The position numbers and the translations under genes were made by a program. Positions 1-11,410 of a stretch of DNA of 64,000 nucleotides are shown piece after piece; position 1 is the stretch's first letter; every line of letters starts with the position of its first letter. The notes beneath the pieces were generated by a model. The model was not told where the DNA came from. It worked only from the letters and a program-made list of their open reading frames with translations, and made no database searches. The stretch lies in assembly GCA_043821645.1 (NCBI GenBank), contig JBDRCO010000033.1, forward strand, positions 13,735 through 77,734, written 5' to 3'. This DNA is from Pseudomonadota bacterium (lineage in GTDB: Bacteria > Myxococcota > JACRCW01 > JAFGSX01).

Positions 1-867
1 ACGCTGTACCGAGGTGGGGGCTTGATTGTCGACGGAGCCTCCCACCAGGTACAGGTGCCGACCCCGCGTGACGGCATCGAAGCGGTTGCGGCCATTGGTC
101 AGGCGTGGGGTGTTGCGGCCGTGGGCGGTCTGCGGCAGCTCCGACGAGAAGGTCCCCAGGCGTGGCGCGAAGCTGGTCACGCGGAGCCACACACCCAGGC
201 TGCTGTGCACGCCGGCGCTGACCTTCACCTCGCCGCTGCCCGCGCCCGCTGGCACTGGCACTGCCAGACGCTGCTGGGCACCTATCAAGGTCAACGGCAC
301 GGTCTGGTTGCCAGCGAACTCCACACTCAGCGAGCCCGCGGGAAAGCTGCCCTCGAGCCAGATCGTGTCGCCGGCGCGTGCAATGGCGGGGTGCAGGGCG
401 AAGAGTGCGAGCGGTGGCAAGCTGGCGTCGGGAGAACCCGCGTCCTGATCTCCGGCATCCTGGACTGCGGCGTCGTGGCTGGTGCCATCGAGGCGTCCCC
501 CATCGGTGGCGACGGCATCGACTGCCGCAACATCGCGGGCGCTTGCGTCCGCACCACCATCGGGCGTGGGCGCATCGCCGGGACCGAGATCTCCCTGCGT
601 TCCAGCATCCATCATGAAAAGATCGGACCCCACCCTGTCCGCAGCGGCGCGGTCTCCAGCCACAGCGTCTGGACCCAGCGCATCGAGGTCAGCGCTGTCC
701 ACTGCGCTGGCATCGGCACCCTGGCGCAGACACTGGCCCTGGACGCAGAAGAACCTCGCCGGGCAATCCAGCGTGGTCCGGCACGCATCCTGGTTCACCG
801 GGGTCGAGGGACGACACGCCACCACCAGGAAGGCGAGGAGTGCGCAGCACCTTGGCGTCGACGTCAT
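1..867 (-). CDS. Lipoprotein with Cys-rich module, Asp/Ala-rich linker, IPT/TIG-like segment and start of a Kelch-like repeat (3' end runs off the window)
   Basis: Manual translation from ATG at 867: MTSTPRCCALLAFLVVAC (lipobox), CRTTLDCPARFFCVQGQC, DA-rich linker, ARAGDTIWLEGSF, ...HLYLVGGS. Open to position 1; absent from the ORF track because no stop lies in the window. Confidence 0.75.
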   Translation of the reverse strand, partial: MTSTPRCCALLAFLVVACRPSTPVNQDACRTTLDCPARFFCVQGQCLRQGADASAVDSADLDALGPDAVAGDRAAADRVGSDLFMMDAGTQGDLGPGDAPTPDGGADASARDVAAVDAVATDGGRLDGTSHDAAVQDAGDQDAGSPDASLPPLALFALHPAIARAGDTIWLEGSFPAGSLSVEFAGNQTVPLTLIGAQQRLAVPVPAGAGSGEVKVSAGVHSSLGVWLRVTSFAPRLGTFSSELPQTAHGRNTPRLTNGRNRFDAVTRGRHLYLVGGSVDNQAPTSVQR

Positions 868-996
868 GCGCCCAGCATAGCACGTCGTTCTGCCGCCATG
901 TCTCGGGTGTGCACCGCTGTTGACGCTGGTCCGGGCACAGGCGAAACCTCGGGTTTGCATCGCGCAGCCATGCCCAGGGAGCAGCCAGGAGCCATC

Positions 997-2013
997 ATGT
1001 CCGAGCACATCGAGCGCGTCGTCACCATGCTGGCCCTGATCCCGAGGTACCCTCGCAAGGTCACCGTCGGGGATCTCGTGGCTCGTCTCCAGGAACGCGG
1101 CTTCGAGGTCGGAAACCGCCGCATGATAGAACGCAACCTGCAAGAGCTGGCCGCGAGCCCGCACTTCCCGCTGCAATGCGACGAGCACAAGCCCGCGGGC
1201 TGGTCCTGGGCCCAGGGCGCGCAGATGATCGACATCCCCTGCATGGACGCTCACACCGCCCTGACCTTTGGCCTTGCCGAGCGCTTTCTCGAGCCCATGT
1301 TGCCGCACTCGACGCGGCGTTTTCTCGACCCCCACTTCGCCAAGGCGCGCGCCGTGCTCGAGGGATTGCGCAGCCATCATCTGGCGGACTGGCCGTCCAA
1401 GATCGCCATCCTGCCCAAGGGCCAGCCCCTGAAGACCCCCGAGGTCGACGACGGCGTGCTCGAGGTGGTTTACGCGGCCCTGCTCGAGGACAGGCGCTTC
1501 GAGGCCCGCTATCGCAGACGCGGCGCCGAGGCTGCCAAGCAGTACGTGGTGGACGCCCTGGGTCTGGTGTTTCGCAATGACCAGATCTACCTCGTCGGCC
1601 GCGTGGTCGGTCACGACGAGCCCATACAGTTCCTGCTTCACCGCATGGAACAGGCCACCCTGCGCGACGAGCCGCGGCAAGTGCCCGAGGGCTTTGATCT
1701 GGATCGCTACGTGCGCCAGGGCGGCTTTCGCTACGGCGACCGCATCGAGGAGATCGCGCTGTGCGTGCGCCTGTCGCGCGCTGCGGCGCTGCAGCTGTAC
1801 GAGACCCCGCTGTCCGACGACCAGACCATCACCGAGCAGGGCGACGATCTGCTGGTGCGCGCCAGCGTGCGCAGCGACTGGCAGCTCAGCTGGTGGTTGC
1901 TGTCCTTCGGTGATCACGCCGAGGTGCTCGAACCCGCGTGGCTGAGAGAGCAGTTCACCGCCACGGCGGCGCGCATGGCGGCACGCTACGCATCGCCCGC
2001 GTCCGCCAGCTGA
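997..2013 (+). CDS. WYL-domain transcriptional regulator (wHTH-WYL-WCX)
   Basis: HTH ...RRMIERNLQEL, WYL-type YVVDALGLVFRNDQIYLVG...FLLHRM, C-terminal WWLLSFGDHAEVLEPAWLRE; AGGAG upstream of ATG 997 (alternative start 970). Confidence 0.9.
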   Translation: MSEHIERVVTMLALIPRYPRKVTVGDLVARLQERGFEVGNRRMIERNLQELAASPHFPLQCDEHKPAGWSWAQGAQMIDIPCMDAHTALTFGLAERFLEPMLPHSTRRFLDPHFAKARAVLEGLRSHHLADWPSKIAILPKGQPLKTPEVDDGVLEVVYAALLEDRRFEARYRRRGAEAAKQYVVDALGLVFRNDQIYLVGRVVGHDEPIQFLLHRMEQATLRDEPRQVPEGFDLDRYVRQGGFRYGDRIEEIALCVRLSRAAALQLYETPLSDDQTITEQGDDLLVRASVRSDWQLSWWLLSFGDHAEVLEPAWLREQFTATAARMAARYASPASAS

Positions 2014-2040
2014 AGGCTCTCCGTCGACGACAGGGCAGGT

Positions 2041-2847
2041 TCAGGGCAGCTGCGCTCGCATGGCCTGGTACGCCGCGGCACCGCGCTCCGTGGGCACGGA
2101 ACCGTGCTGCCGGATCCAGGTCTGGGCGCTGGCGATGCGCTCCTGGGTGGCGGGGTGGCTGCTCAAGATGGCCAGCAGGGCTGGCGTGCCGTCGTCGAGC
2201 TTCTTGAAAAAGGACACGAAGCCATTGGGGTCGTAACCGGCCTTGACCTCGGTGGCGAGGCCCTTGCTGTCGGCCTCGCGCTCCTGGTCCCGGCTGTAGG
2301 TGAGCAGGAAGCCATTGCTGACGATGCCCGCGACCAGCTGCCCCAGCAGGTCGGGCTTGGCGCCCAGGGCCAGCTCGGTGACCACCTGTATGCCGTTGGC
2401 CGCGATCAGGCGCTCGGCCACGTGACGCTCGGTGACATGCGAGACCTCGTGACTGAGCACGGACATCAGCTCGGCCTCGTCCGAGGCCTTCTTGAGCAGC
2501 CCGGTGTAGACGTAGACGAAGCCGCCCGGCATGGCGAAGGCATTGACCGTCTTGTCGTCGGCGATGACCTTGAAGGTGAAGCGGATGCCCTTGGGTTTGC
2601 CCTGGGCCGCAGCCACCACCTTGCCGCCCAGGCTGCGGATGTATTGCTGCACGGGCTCGCTGGCGAGCAGGCTCACCTTCTTCTCGAGCTCGGCCGACAG
2701 CTGCTTGCCTATCTTGTTCTCCTCGGCCACGGGCAGCAGGGTGTCCACTGTCGCGCGGCTGGCCTGGTCGGTGTACTTGCCGGCCTCGGCGCAGCCCAGC
2801 AGGCCCAGGGCGAGCAGCGACGCGATACCCGTTCTTGTCATGGTCAT
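2041..2847 (-). CDS. M48-family Zn metallopeptidase lipoprotein
   Basis: Lipobox LLGC, VNAFAMPGG, HEVSH, YSRDQEREAD, LSSHP. Confidence 0.9.
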   Translation of the reverse strand: MTMTRTGIASLLALGLLGCAEAGKYTDQASRATVDTLLPVAEENKIGKQLSAELEKKVSLLASEPVQQYIRSLGGKVVAAAQGKPKGIRFTFKVIADDKTVNAFAMPGGFVYVYTGLLKKASDEAELMSVLSHEVSHVTERHVAERLIAANGIQVVTELALGAKPDLLGQLVAGIVSNGFLLTYSRDQEREADSKGLATEVKAGYDPNGFVSFFKKLDDGTPALLAILSSHPATQERIASAQTWIRQHGSVPTERGAAAYQAMRAQLP

Positions 2848-2883
2848 CTCCTTGGGGGCGCAGGCTTGTGTGCCCGTCCCAAG

Positions 2884-3555
2884 CTAGCACCCGGCGCCAC
2901 CTCCGTCAGGTCCCCGGGACACAAAGCCCTCGATGCCTTCAGGTCGTGTCGCGCACCACAGGCCTATGCCCATGGTCGGGCTCGCCAGGCCGCGGTCCCC
3001 GGACGACCCGCGCAGTTCGCGCGTGTGGCCTCCCTCCAGGCCTTGCCAGAACCGAGCCACGCCAGCGGCCTTCGGGTCCGGGTTGGCGATGTCGTGAAAG
3101 GCCAAGAAGCGATGCGGCATCGCGCGCTCACGCTCGAAGTCGGCGCGCACCCCCGCCTCGCTGTGGTCGGCGTCGATGAAAACCAGGTCGATGTGCCCCA
3201 GGTCGCGGCGCCAGGACAGGTACTCGGGCGAGCGTGAGCTGCCCACGAACAGCGTCGCCTCCGAGGGCAGGTGCAGCTCGAGGCCAAAGCGCCGGGCATA
3301 GCCGTCGTCGCACACGGCCACCTGGTCGAAGCGAAAGACCGTATGCAGCGCGCTCGCCAGGCGCCCCGTCCAGGCCCCTATCTCCAGGTACGAGCGCAGC
3401 TGCTGCTGCTCGATGAACTGGCACAGGGCCACCAGCTCCCGGCGATTTTGCAGGATGACGTCGTCGACGGGTTCGCCGCGTTCGAGATAGATCGCCTGGG
3501 TGCGAGCATCCCAGCAGCGCAGGTTCGCCAGCTCGCGCTCGAAATCCCGAGCCAT
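2884..3555 (-). CDS. Class I SAM-dependent methyltransferase (Methyltransf_24-like)
   Basis: YLEIGAWTG, IDLVFIDADHS, FHDI; start overlaps the stop of the upstream gene. Confidence 0.8.
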   Translation of the reverse strand: MARDFERELANLRCWDARTQAIYLERGEPVDDVILQNRRELVALCQFIEQQQLRSYLEIGAWTGRLASALHTVFRFDQVAVCDDGYARRFGLELHLPSEATLFVGSSRSPEYLSWRRDLGHIDLVFIDADHSEAGVRADFERERAMPHRFLAFHDIANPDPKAAGVARFWQGLEGGHTRELRGSSGDRGLASPTMGIGLWCATRPEGIEGFVSRGPDGGGAGC

Positions 3556-4346
3556 CAGGCGTCCATGAGCAGGCGGCGACGGATCTGGCAGAATGCGTCG
3601 CTGCGCGCGCCGTCGCGGCGGCGAATGAGCAGCGGGCGCGTCGGCACGGTCTCCCCCTCGGCGGCGCAGGTGAACAGCGCGATGGTGGGTCGCCGCCCCT
3701 CGCGAAAAACCACATCCCTCCTCGACAGCAGGTGCAGCCCGGCGCTGAGGATGGCCTGCTCGGGCCGCTTGTCGTCGGCCGCGTGGCAAAAGCAAAAGGC
3801 GCCCCCAGGTGCCAACCAGCGATTGGCGGCCTGGCAGTACGCCAGCACGTCACCATGGAGTTCCAGCCGCGCTGCGGCGCGCGCAGCATGGGGCGAGGCG
3901 GTGGCGGCGCGCTCTGGCAAGTACGGGGGATTGGCGACGACGAGGTCGAAGCGGGCCCGGGCGTCCAGCACCTGCGGCTCGCGCAGGTCGCCGCAGACCA
4001 CCCGCGCCCTGGAACCCAGGTCGTTGTGCTCGATGGTGCGCCGCATCAGTCCGGCGCTGTCCGCCAGGATCTCCACCGCCGTGAGCCGGGAGCTCGCAGG
4101 CAGGCCCAGCAAGGTGAGCAAGCCCACGCTGCCCACACCCGCTCCCATGTCGAGCACCTGCGCGGCCTGCGGTCGCGCCTCGAGGGCGCTGTGGGCCACC
4201 AGGATGTCGTCGGTGCTGTAGCGCTGGGTGTGCTGGCGCTGGTAGATCCACCACTCGCCTGCCAGGCGGTCCAGAGTGGGGTCGCCGTCCGCGCTGTCCG
4301 TGGCTGTCGCCGGCGAGGGTCCCGGACCCGTATCAGGGTGCGTCAT
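3555..4346 (-). CDS. tRNA1(Val) A37 N6-methyltransferase-like (TrmN6/YfiC family)
   Basis: YSTDDILVA, VLDMGAGVG, ANPPY. Confidence 0.75.
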   Translation of the reverse strand: MTHPDTGPGPSPATATDSADGDPTLDRLAGEWWIYQRQHTQRYSTDDILVAHSALEARPQAAQVLDMGAGVGSVGLLTLLGLPASSRLTAVEILADSAGLMRRTIEHNDLGSRARVVCGDLREPQVLDARARFDLVVANPPYLPERAATASPHAARAAARLELHGDVLAYCQAANRWLAPGGAFCFCHAADDKRPEQAILSAGLHLLSRRDVVFREGRRPTIALFTCAAEGETVPTRPLLIRRRDGARSDAFCQIRRRLLMDA

Positions 4347-4394
4347 GGTGGGTGCATTATCCCGGGCTGCGCGCTCCCATGCTAGCGTGCAGGC

Positions 4395-4865
4395 ATGAAG
4401 ACCAACGCCGCACGCCTGCTGGATGGGCTCGGCATCACCTACACCCTGCGCGAGTACGAGGTCGACCTCGAGGACCTCAGTGCGCCGGCGGTGGCGTCCA
4501 AGATAGGTCTTCCCGTCGAGCAGGTGTTCAAGACCCTGGTGGCGCGCGGTGATCGCGGTGGCGTGCTGATGGCCGTGGTGCCTGGCGATGCGACCCTGGA
4601 CCTGAAAAAACTGGCCCGCGCCTCCGGGGATCGCCGTGTCGAGCTGGTGCCCCTGCGCGAGGTCGAGCCGCTGACCGGCTACGTGCGAGGTGGCGTCACG
4701 ACCCTGGGCGTGCGCAAGCCCTACCCTGTGTTCGTCGACGAGAGCCTGGAGCTGTTCGAAACCGTGGCGGTGTCAGCGGGTCGGCGAGGCCTGCAGATCG
4801 TGCTGGCACCGGCAGACTACCTGCGGGCCACCGGGGCCCGGGTACAGGACCTGATCGCCCTGTAG
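4395..4865 (+). CDS. ybaK: Cys-tRNA(Pro) deacylase YbaK
   Basis: MKTNAARLLD, VFKTLV, TGYVRGGVTTLG, SAGRRGLQI. Confidence 0.92.
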   Translation: MKTNAARLLDGLGITYTLREYEVDLEDLSAPAVASKIGLPVEQVFKTLVARGDRGGVLMAVVPGDATLDLKKLARASGDRRVELVPLREVEPLTGYVRGGVTTLGVRKPYPVFVDESLELFETVAVSAGRRGLQIVLAPADYLRATGARVQDLIAL

Positions 4866-4887
4866 CCCTTGGGGGCACCCGTCGCCT

Positions 4888-5418
4888 CTAAAGCGAGGCG
4901 GTGGGCTTGCGCTTCTCGACGGGCACGAACTGGCTGCGGCGGTTCTTGGCCCAGGCCTGCTCGCCGGTGCCCTTCACCATGGGGCGCTCCTTGCCGTAGG
5001 ACATGATGGCCAGCTGCGCGGGTGCCACTCCGACGGTCTTCAGATAGTCCCGGGTGACCTGGGCCCGGCGCTCGCCCAGGGCGATGTTGTACTCGGTGGT
5101 GCCGCGCTCGTCGCAGTGCCCCTCGATGGTCAGCTTGAGGTCGGGGTTGTGCTGGAGTGCCTTCGCCATGGTGTCGAGGCGACCGCGGGCCTCCTTGTTG
5201 AGCTGCCAGGAGTCGTAGTCGAAGAAGATGGGCGTGTAGTCCACCACCTCGTCGTTGGTCTCGGCGCGCGCCATCACCGCTTCCTTCTTCTTGGGCGCGA
5301 CGGGAGCCTTGACCTGTGCCACGGTGTTCTGAGCGGGCGTGGCGGCTTGCTTGGCACCGCTGCAGCCGAGGGTGAGGGTGAAGGCCGAGATCATCGAAAC
5401 CGTGATGAGAGTGCGCAT
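4888..5418 (-). CDS. pal: Peptidoglycan-associated lipoprotein (OmpA/Pal family)
   Basis: Lipobox LGC, IFFDYDS, IEGHCDERGTTEYNIALGERRA, SYGKERP, KNRR. Confidence 0.9.
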   Translation of the reverse strand: MRTLITVSMISAFTLTLGCSGAKQAATPAQNTVAQVKAPVAPKKKEAVMARAETNDEVVDYTPIFFDYDSWQLNKEARGRLDTMAKALQHNPDLKLTIEGHCDERGTTEYNIALGERRAQVTRDYLKTVGVAPAQLAIMSYGKERPMVKGTGEQAWAKNRRSQFVPVEKRKPTASL

Positions 5419-5448
5419 GGTGTCCTCCGTGACGCTGGCCGGAGGTTG

Positions 5449-5464
5449 AGCAAGCGGCGTGCCA
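5449..5464 (-). promoter_or_regulatory. Sigma-54 (-24/-12) promoter of pal
   Basis: Minus strand TGGCACGCCGCTTGCT matches TGGCACG-N4-TTGC(A/T), 30 nt upstream of the pal start. Confidence 0.8.
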
Positions 5465-5635
5465 CCATTTTTCCAGAAGGCCACCAGCCTGACCGTCCCC
5501 TCGGGCACACAGCAGATCCTGTCCTGATCCGGCATGCTGGCTGCACCTGACGCGTGCGACCATGCACAAGCTCCACACCGGCCAGGCTGCTCGAAGGGGC
5601 TCCCGGCGTATCTGAGTTCCCTGGACAGGGTGTGA

Positions 5636-5677
5636 ACCCTGGCAGGCTGCGCGGGTGGCGTTGCGTTTTGCAAGGGT
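5636..5677. promoter_or_regulatory. Tandem palindromic enhancer-like sites (candidate binding sites of the adjacent NtrC-family activator)
   Basis: ACCCTGGCA-GGC-TGCGCGGGT directly followed by GGCGTTGCG-TTT-TGCAAGGGT (21-bp period); same motif recurs at 9196-9216. Confidence 0.55.
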
Positions 5678-5686
5678 GGTGGCAGC

Positions 5687-7817
5687 ATGCGTTTGCGGCT
5701 CGTTCACCAACAGAAAGCGACCTCCTTGAACCTGCGCGTCCTCCTGGTGGGTGTGGTGACCCTGCTGTTGCTGGCGGTGGTGGTGGTGACAGCCATCCAG
5801 CTCGGGCAACGCGACCGCGAGGCCCTGGTCGAGCGCTTCGCCAGCGACCACAGGGATGCGCTGGCCGAGGCAGCCAACGAGATTCGCGGCAGCCTGCAGG
5901 ACGTGGACGACGACCTGCGCTTCGTGGCGCGCCTGCTGGGTGATACCCGGGGAGCCGACGACAGATCCCGGGCCCTGACCACCTTTCTGGCCTCGGTGCG
6001 CGCCTACCGCGCGGCGGGCGTGTTCGATGCCGACGGCACGGTGCGCCTCATCGCCAGCGATCCCCGACACCCCGCCGACGTGGACCGCGAGTTGCTGCGC
6101 AGCATGGCACGCACCGCCCGCGAGGCCCTGACTCGCCGCCCCGAGGGTTTTCAAATCTCCATGCCCCTGGCCACCGGCGACAGCTGGTACCGGGTCTTTG
6201 CAGCACCCATCACCCGCAACAGCGACGGTACCCTCGAGGAGGCCGTGGCCTTGCTCATCGACACCCGCCCCCTGCTCGAGCGCGTGCGTCTGGTTGCCGC
6301 CGACCCCCAGACCCTGCTCCTGGTGACAGGCCCCCACGGCGTTCCTGCGCCGGTGAGCAGCAGCGCACTGATCGGCGCCCTGCCCCACCTCGATTCGCTG
6401 CAGGGCCTGGCGTCGGCCATGGGCGCGCTGGCCGAGGAGCACAGTGGCAGCCTGCGCCTGTCGGCGGACGAGGCCGTGCACCTCGGCCTCGAGCGCGGCG
6501 AGGCCATCGCGGTGTATCACTCCCTGCAGACCGTGGGGGACACACGCTGGTCGCTGCTCACGGTCAGCTCCATGGGTGTGCTGCAGGCACACGAGGGTGC
6601 CCAGGCCCGTCGGCTGGCGCTGCTCGCAGCGGCCATCGCCTTGGTGCTGCTGGGTTTTGGCGGTTACCTGATCACCACCCTGCGCCGCCAGGCCACCTTG
6701 CAGGAACGCTTGCGCCACGCCAGCGAGGTGGCCCACCTGCACGAGCTGTCCGAAAAGATCCTGAACAGCATCCCCGCAGCCATCGCGGTGCTGGCCGAGG
6801 ATGGCCACGTCACGTCGATGAACCAGGCGCTGCGCCGACGCCTGCCCCTGGATGCGGACATGCGTTCGCTGCACACCGCCTTGGCTCGGGCTCCTCAGGC
6901 CACGACCCGGCACCTGCAAACTCTGGTCGAACGCGCCCTGCTCAGCGGCACCACCAGCAGCCTGCTCGGCGAGCCCCTGGCCCTGTTCGGTAGCGAGGGA
7001 CAGTTCAGCGTGCACGCCGTGCCCCTGGAGAGGCACGCGCCCGACTCGCGGCTGCTGCTGGTGATCGACGACGTCACCGAGGTCCACACTCTGGAATCCC
7101 AGCTGCTGCGAGCCGAGAAGCTCGCCACCGTGGGCGTGCTTGCAGCAGGCATCGCCCACGAGATCGGCTCGCCCCTTGGGGTGGTGCGCGGCCGCGCCGA
7201 GTACATCGCCGGCAAGCTGGGCGAGGACCACCCGCAGGTCTCGGGGCTGCGCATCATCATCGAGCAGATCGACCGCGTCAGCCGCATCATCCGCACCTTG
7301 CTCGACTTTGCGCGCATCCGCCCGCCAGCCGTGGCACCGGTCGACCTGGGCGGAGTGTTGCGCCGGGTCGAGGAGCTGCTGCAGGTGGAGCGCGAGCGCC
7401 GCGGCGTGGTGCTGCAGCTGGCCGCCGACGCGGGCCTGCCCGCCCTGCTCGCTGACGCCGACCAGCTGGAGCAGGTGCTGCTCAACCTCCTGCTCAATGC
7501 CCTGGACGCCTGCGAGCCCGGTGGCCAGGTCACGCTGCAGGTCGCGCCGGGGGTCACCCAGGACGTGGGCTTCGGTCCCCACCTGCGCATCGAGGTGCGC
7601 GACGACGGTCGCGGCATCCCGGCCGAGCACCTGCATCGAGTCTTCGATCCCTTCTTCACCACCAAGAAGCGCGGCCAGGGCACGGGGCTGGGGCTGGCCA
7701 TGGTGAGCCAGATCGTGCGCAACCACGGTGCCCAGATCGAGCTCGACAGCAGCCCGGGACAGGGTACTCGCGTGCTGCTACGCTGGCCCCTGGCCACGCA
7801 TACTGTCGAGGAGAGCG

Positions 7818-7828
<11 letters not shown>
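5687..7828 (+). CDS. Membrane sensor histidine kinase
   Basis: Two TM segments, H-box AHEIGSPL, N-box LLNLLLNA, DDGRG, FFTTK, GTGLGL. Confidence 0.95.
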
Positions 7829-9182
<1,354 letters not shown>

Positions 9183-9195
9183 ATCTCGCCAGGCC

Positions 9196-9216
9196 ACCCT
9201 GGCACCTTGCAAGGGT
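9196..9216. promoter_or_regulatory. Palindromic enhancer-like site
   Basis: ACCCTGGCA-CCT-TGCAAGGGT (9-3-9 inverted repeat, one mismatch); weaker copy at 9175-9195. Confidence 0.55.
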
Positions 9217-9276
9217 CGGTCTTCGTATCCGCCATACGAAATGGGCCAGGCGACCATCCAGCCTCCACTCGGTGGC

Positions 9277-9292
9277 TGGCACTGTTCGTGCT
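9277..9292 (+). promoter_or_regulatory. Sigma-54-type promoter of the stand-alone response regulator
   Basis: TGGCACTGTTCGTGCT = GG-N10-GC. Confidence 0.6.
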
Positions 9293-9323
9293 CTCCCTGG
9301 GGACAGCTTCCCGGGAGGTACCC

Positions 9324-9797
9324 ATGCCACGCACCTTTCCACGCCGACCTCGCCGCATCCTGGGGTCCCGGCACCTGCTGCGCGACCTGTTCACCACCAT
9401 GCACCGGCCCAGGGTCCTGGTCGCCGAGGACGACGAGGAGCTGCGCGCCCTGCTGGTGCTGACCCTGAGCGAGGCCGACTACGACGTGGTGCAGGCGGCC
9501 AACGGCGTGGAGCTGCAGTGCTGGCTTGACGCAGCCACGCGCTTTGGTGATCGCCACCACACCTTCGACCTGGTGATCACGGACCTGCGCATGCCTGGCC
9601 TGTCGGGCCTGGACGTCCTCGAGCAGCTTCGGCTGGTCGACTGGGCCACCCGGGTGATCCTGATCTCGGCCTTCGCCGACGAGGAGGTGCAGCGCGACGC
9701 GAGCCGCCTCGGCGCTGCTGCGGTGCTGGCCAAGCCCTTCGGTCTGGAGGAGTTCCTGGGGGCCGTGCGTTCCCTGGTGCCGCCCCTGGCTGCCTGA
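9324..9797 (+). CDS. Single-domain response regulator
   Basis: VLVAEDD, DLRMPGLSG, ISAF, KPF; GGAGG RBS. Confidence 0.9.
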   Translation: MPRTFPRRPRRILGSRHLLRDLFTTMHRPRVLVAEDDEELRALLVLTLSEADYDVVQAANGVELQCWLDAATRFGDRHHTFDLVITDLRMPGLSGLDVLEQLRLVDWATRVILISAFADEEVQRDASRLGAAAVLAKPFGLEEFLGAVRSLVPPLAA

Positions 9798-9914
9798 TCC
9801 CACCCCTCGCACCGCGGCCGCTGCCGGTTCGCTGCGTCACACCCCGACGCCCGGTGGTTGCATTCCTCCAACCACCGGGTCCTGCATTTCAGGCTGGATG
9901 AGGTGTGCTTGCGC

Positions 9915-10226
9915 TCAGTCGAACACGCAGCCAAAGCGCTCGCTGACGAAGCGGGCGCGATCACCCCACATCAGCACGGCCTGCGACTCGACCACCTTGC
10001 GCTCGACGTCGATGCGGTAGGTGGCGACGGGCGGGTTCTGCAGCGAGTAGTCGGCACAGAACTCCTCGCTCATGCCCAGGGTCCACATGCAGGTGCACAT
10101 GGTCTTGGCGCGATAGGCGGAGATCAGCTCCAGGTCATTCTGCTGGTAGGGATCGGCCTCGCAAGCCCACAGGCCCAGCGAGGCGACGACGACGGCAAGT
10201 GCGATCAGGATGCGTCGCATGTTCAC
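9915..10226 (-). CDS. Small Cys-containing lipoprotein coupled to the serine hydrolase gene
   Basis: Signal/lipobox LWAC, AYRAKTMCTC...RFGCVFD; overlaps the stop of the upstream gene. Confidence 0.7.
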   Translation of the reverse strand: MNMRRILIALAVVVASLGLWACEADPYQQNDLELISAYRAKTMCTCMWTLGMSEEFCADYSLQNPPVATYRIDVERKVVESQAVLMWGDRARFVSERFGCVFD

Positions 10227-11410
10227 CTCGCGATGGGGATGGCCTTGGCCACCAGGTCGTTGACGTCGACACTACCCTCGCGGTCGTCGCCGTAGCGCGC
10301 GATCACCAGGTCCAGCGAGGGGATCACCACGATGCGTTGCCCCCAGTGCCCGAGCGCCGCGTAGGTGTCATCGGGCAGGTCGGGCCAGGGCTTGCTCAGA
10401 CCCTGCTCGGGCACGGGCGTGTTGAGCCACCACAGCCGTCCGTTGACGTCGGTGCCCGTCTCTTCGTCGATGCGCTTGACCTTGAACGAGGCCGGCACGA
10501 CCTGGGCCTCGGCGACCCAGTTCACGGGGAGGATGCGCTCGCCATCCCAGCACCCGTCGTTGAGGAACAGGTAGCCGAAGCGCGCGTAATCCTGCAGCGT
10601 GGCCATCCAGTAAGAGCCGCCGGCCAGGGTCCCCGCGTTGTCGCGTTCGAAGGCCGAGCGCTGGGCGCCGATGCGATCGAACAGCAGCGTCCAGGGCCAG
10701 TTCTCTCCGTACTGCGGGGTCATCGCGGCGCCGACCACGCCCAGCAGCAGGGTGGACTCGCCCGACGAGTACTGCCAGGTGGTGCCCGGGGCATCGCGGC
10801 GTGCGTGTTTGAATACGAAGCGCGCCATGTCCTTGCGACCCTCGCCATACAGCATGGCGAGCACCGACGAGGCCTGATTGGACTGATTCTCGTAGATCTC
10901 AGCCCAGTCCAGCCCGGAGCTGAACTCCAGCAGGTGCTGCACGGTGATGCCGCAGTTGTCCTCGGGCACGCCATCCAGGTGCATGCAGATCGAGTCTCCC
11001 AGTGCGACGGCGCCCTGCTTGACGGCGACCCCGGTCAGGGCATTGGTCACGCTCTTGGTGACAGACCAGGCGATGTGGCGCTTGCTGGCCGTGAAGCCGC
11101 GCGCGTAGCGTTCGTAGATGATCTCACCGTGGTGGACGATGAGCACGCCGTCGGTGCGGATGCCCTTGCGCTCTTCATCCTTGCCCGTCAGCGTGAAGGC
11201 GTAGTCCTCGAAGGCCTGGATCTCGGCCGCCTTGCTGGTCGCCACCGTGTCGGCGCGCGAGCGCCACTCGGCCGTGGGCCAGTAGGGGCGGGTCGGGCAG
11301 GCGTTCTGGGCATGCAGCGGAGTGGCCAGGGTCCACAGCGCGCTGGCGAGGGCTGCGGCGGGCAGGACAGACACGCTCCTGTTCGCCATCTTCAGGGTTT
11401 TATTCGACAT
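10223..11410 (-). CDS. Serine hydrolase, beta-lactamase class C / NylB-like
   Basis: SVTK (SxxK), WQYSSG, ALGHWGQ, signal peptide. Confidence 0.9.
   Translation of the reverse strand: MSNKTLKMANRSVSVLPAAALASALWTLATPLHAQNACPTRPYWPTAEWRSRADTVATSKAAEIQAFEDYAFTLTGKDEERKGIRTDGVLIVHHGEIIYERYARGFTASKRHIAWSVTKSVTNALTGVAVKQGAVALGDSICMHLDGVPEDNCGITVQHLLEFSSGLDWAEIYENQSNQASSVLAMLYGEGRKDMARFVFKHARRDAPGTTWQYSSGESTLLLGVVGAAMTPQYGENWPWTLLFDRIGAQRSAFERDNAGTLAGGSYWMATLQDYARFGYLFLNDGCWDGERILPVNWVAEAQVVPASFKVKRIDEETGTDVNGRLWWLNTPVPEQGLSKPWPDLPDDTYAALGHWGQRIVVIPSLDLVIARYGDDREGSVDVNDLVAKAIPIAR

Noticed and set aside
22-996. Long N-terminal extension of the WYL ORF
   Set aside because: It is the in-register antisense of the minus-strand lipoprotein 1..867; the RBS and HTH start at 997 (or 970).
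4817-7726. 969-aa minus-strand ORF and similar long ORFs (7656..9812, 39025..41643, 53008..54858, 55782..57449)
   Set aside because: Antisense or alternative-frame shadows of well-supported genes in a high-GC genome; no recognisable motifs.
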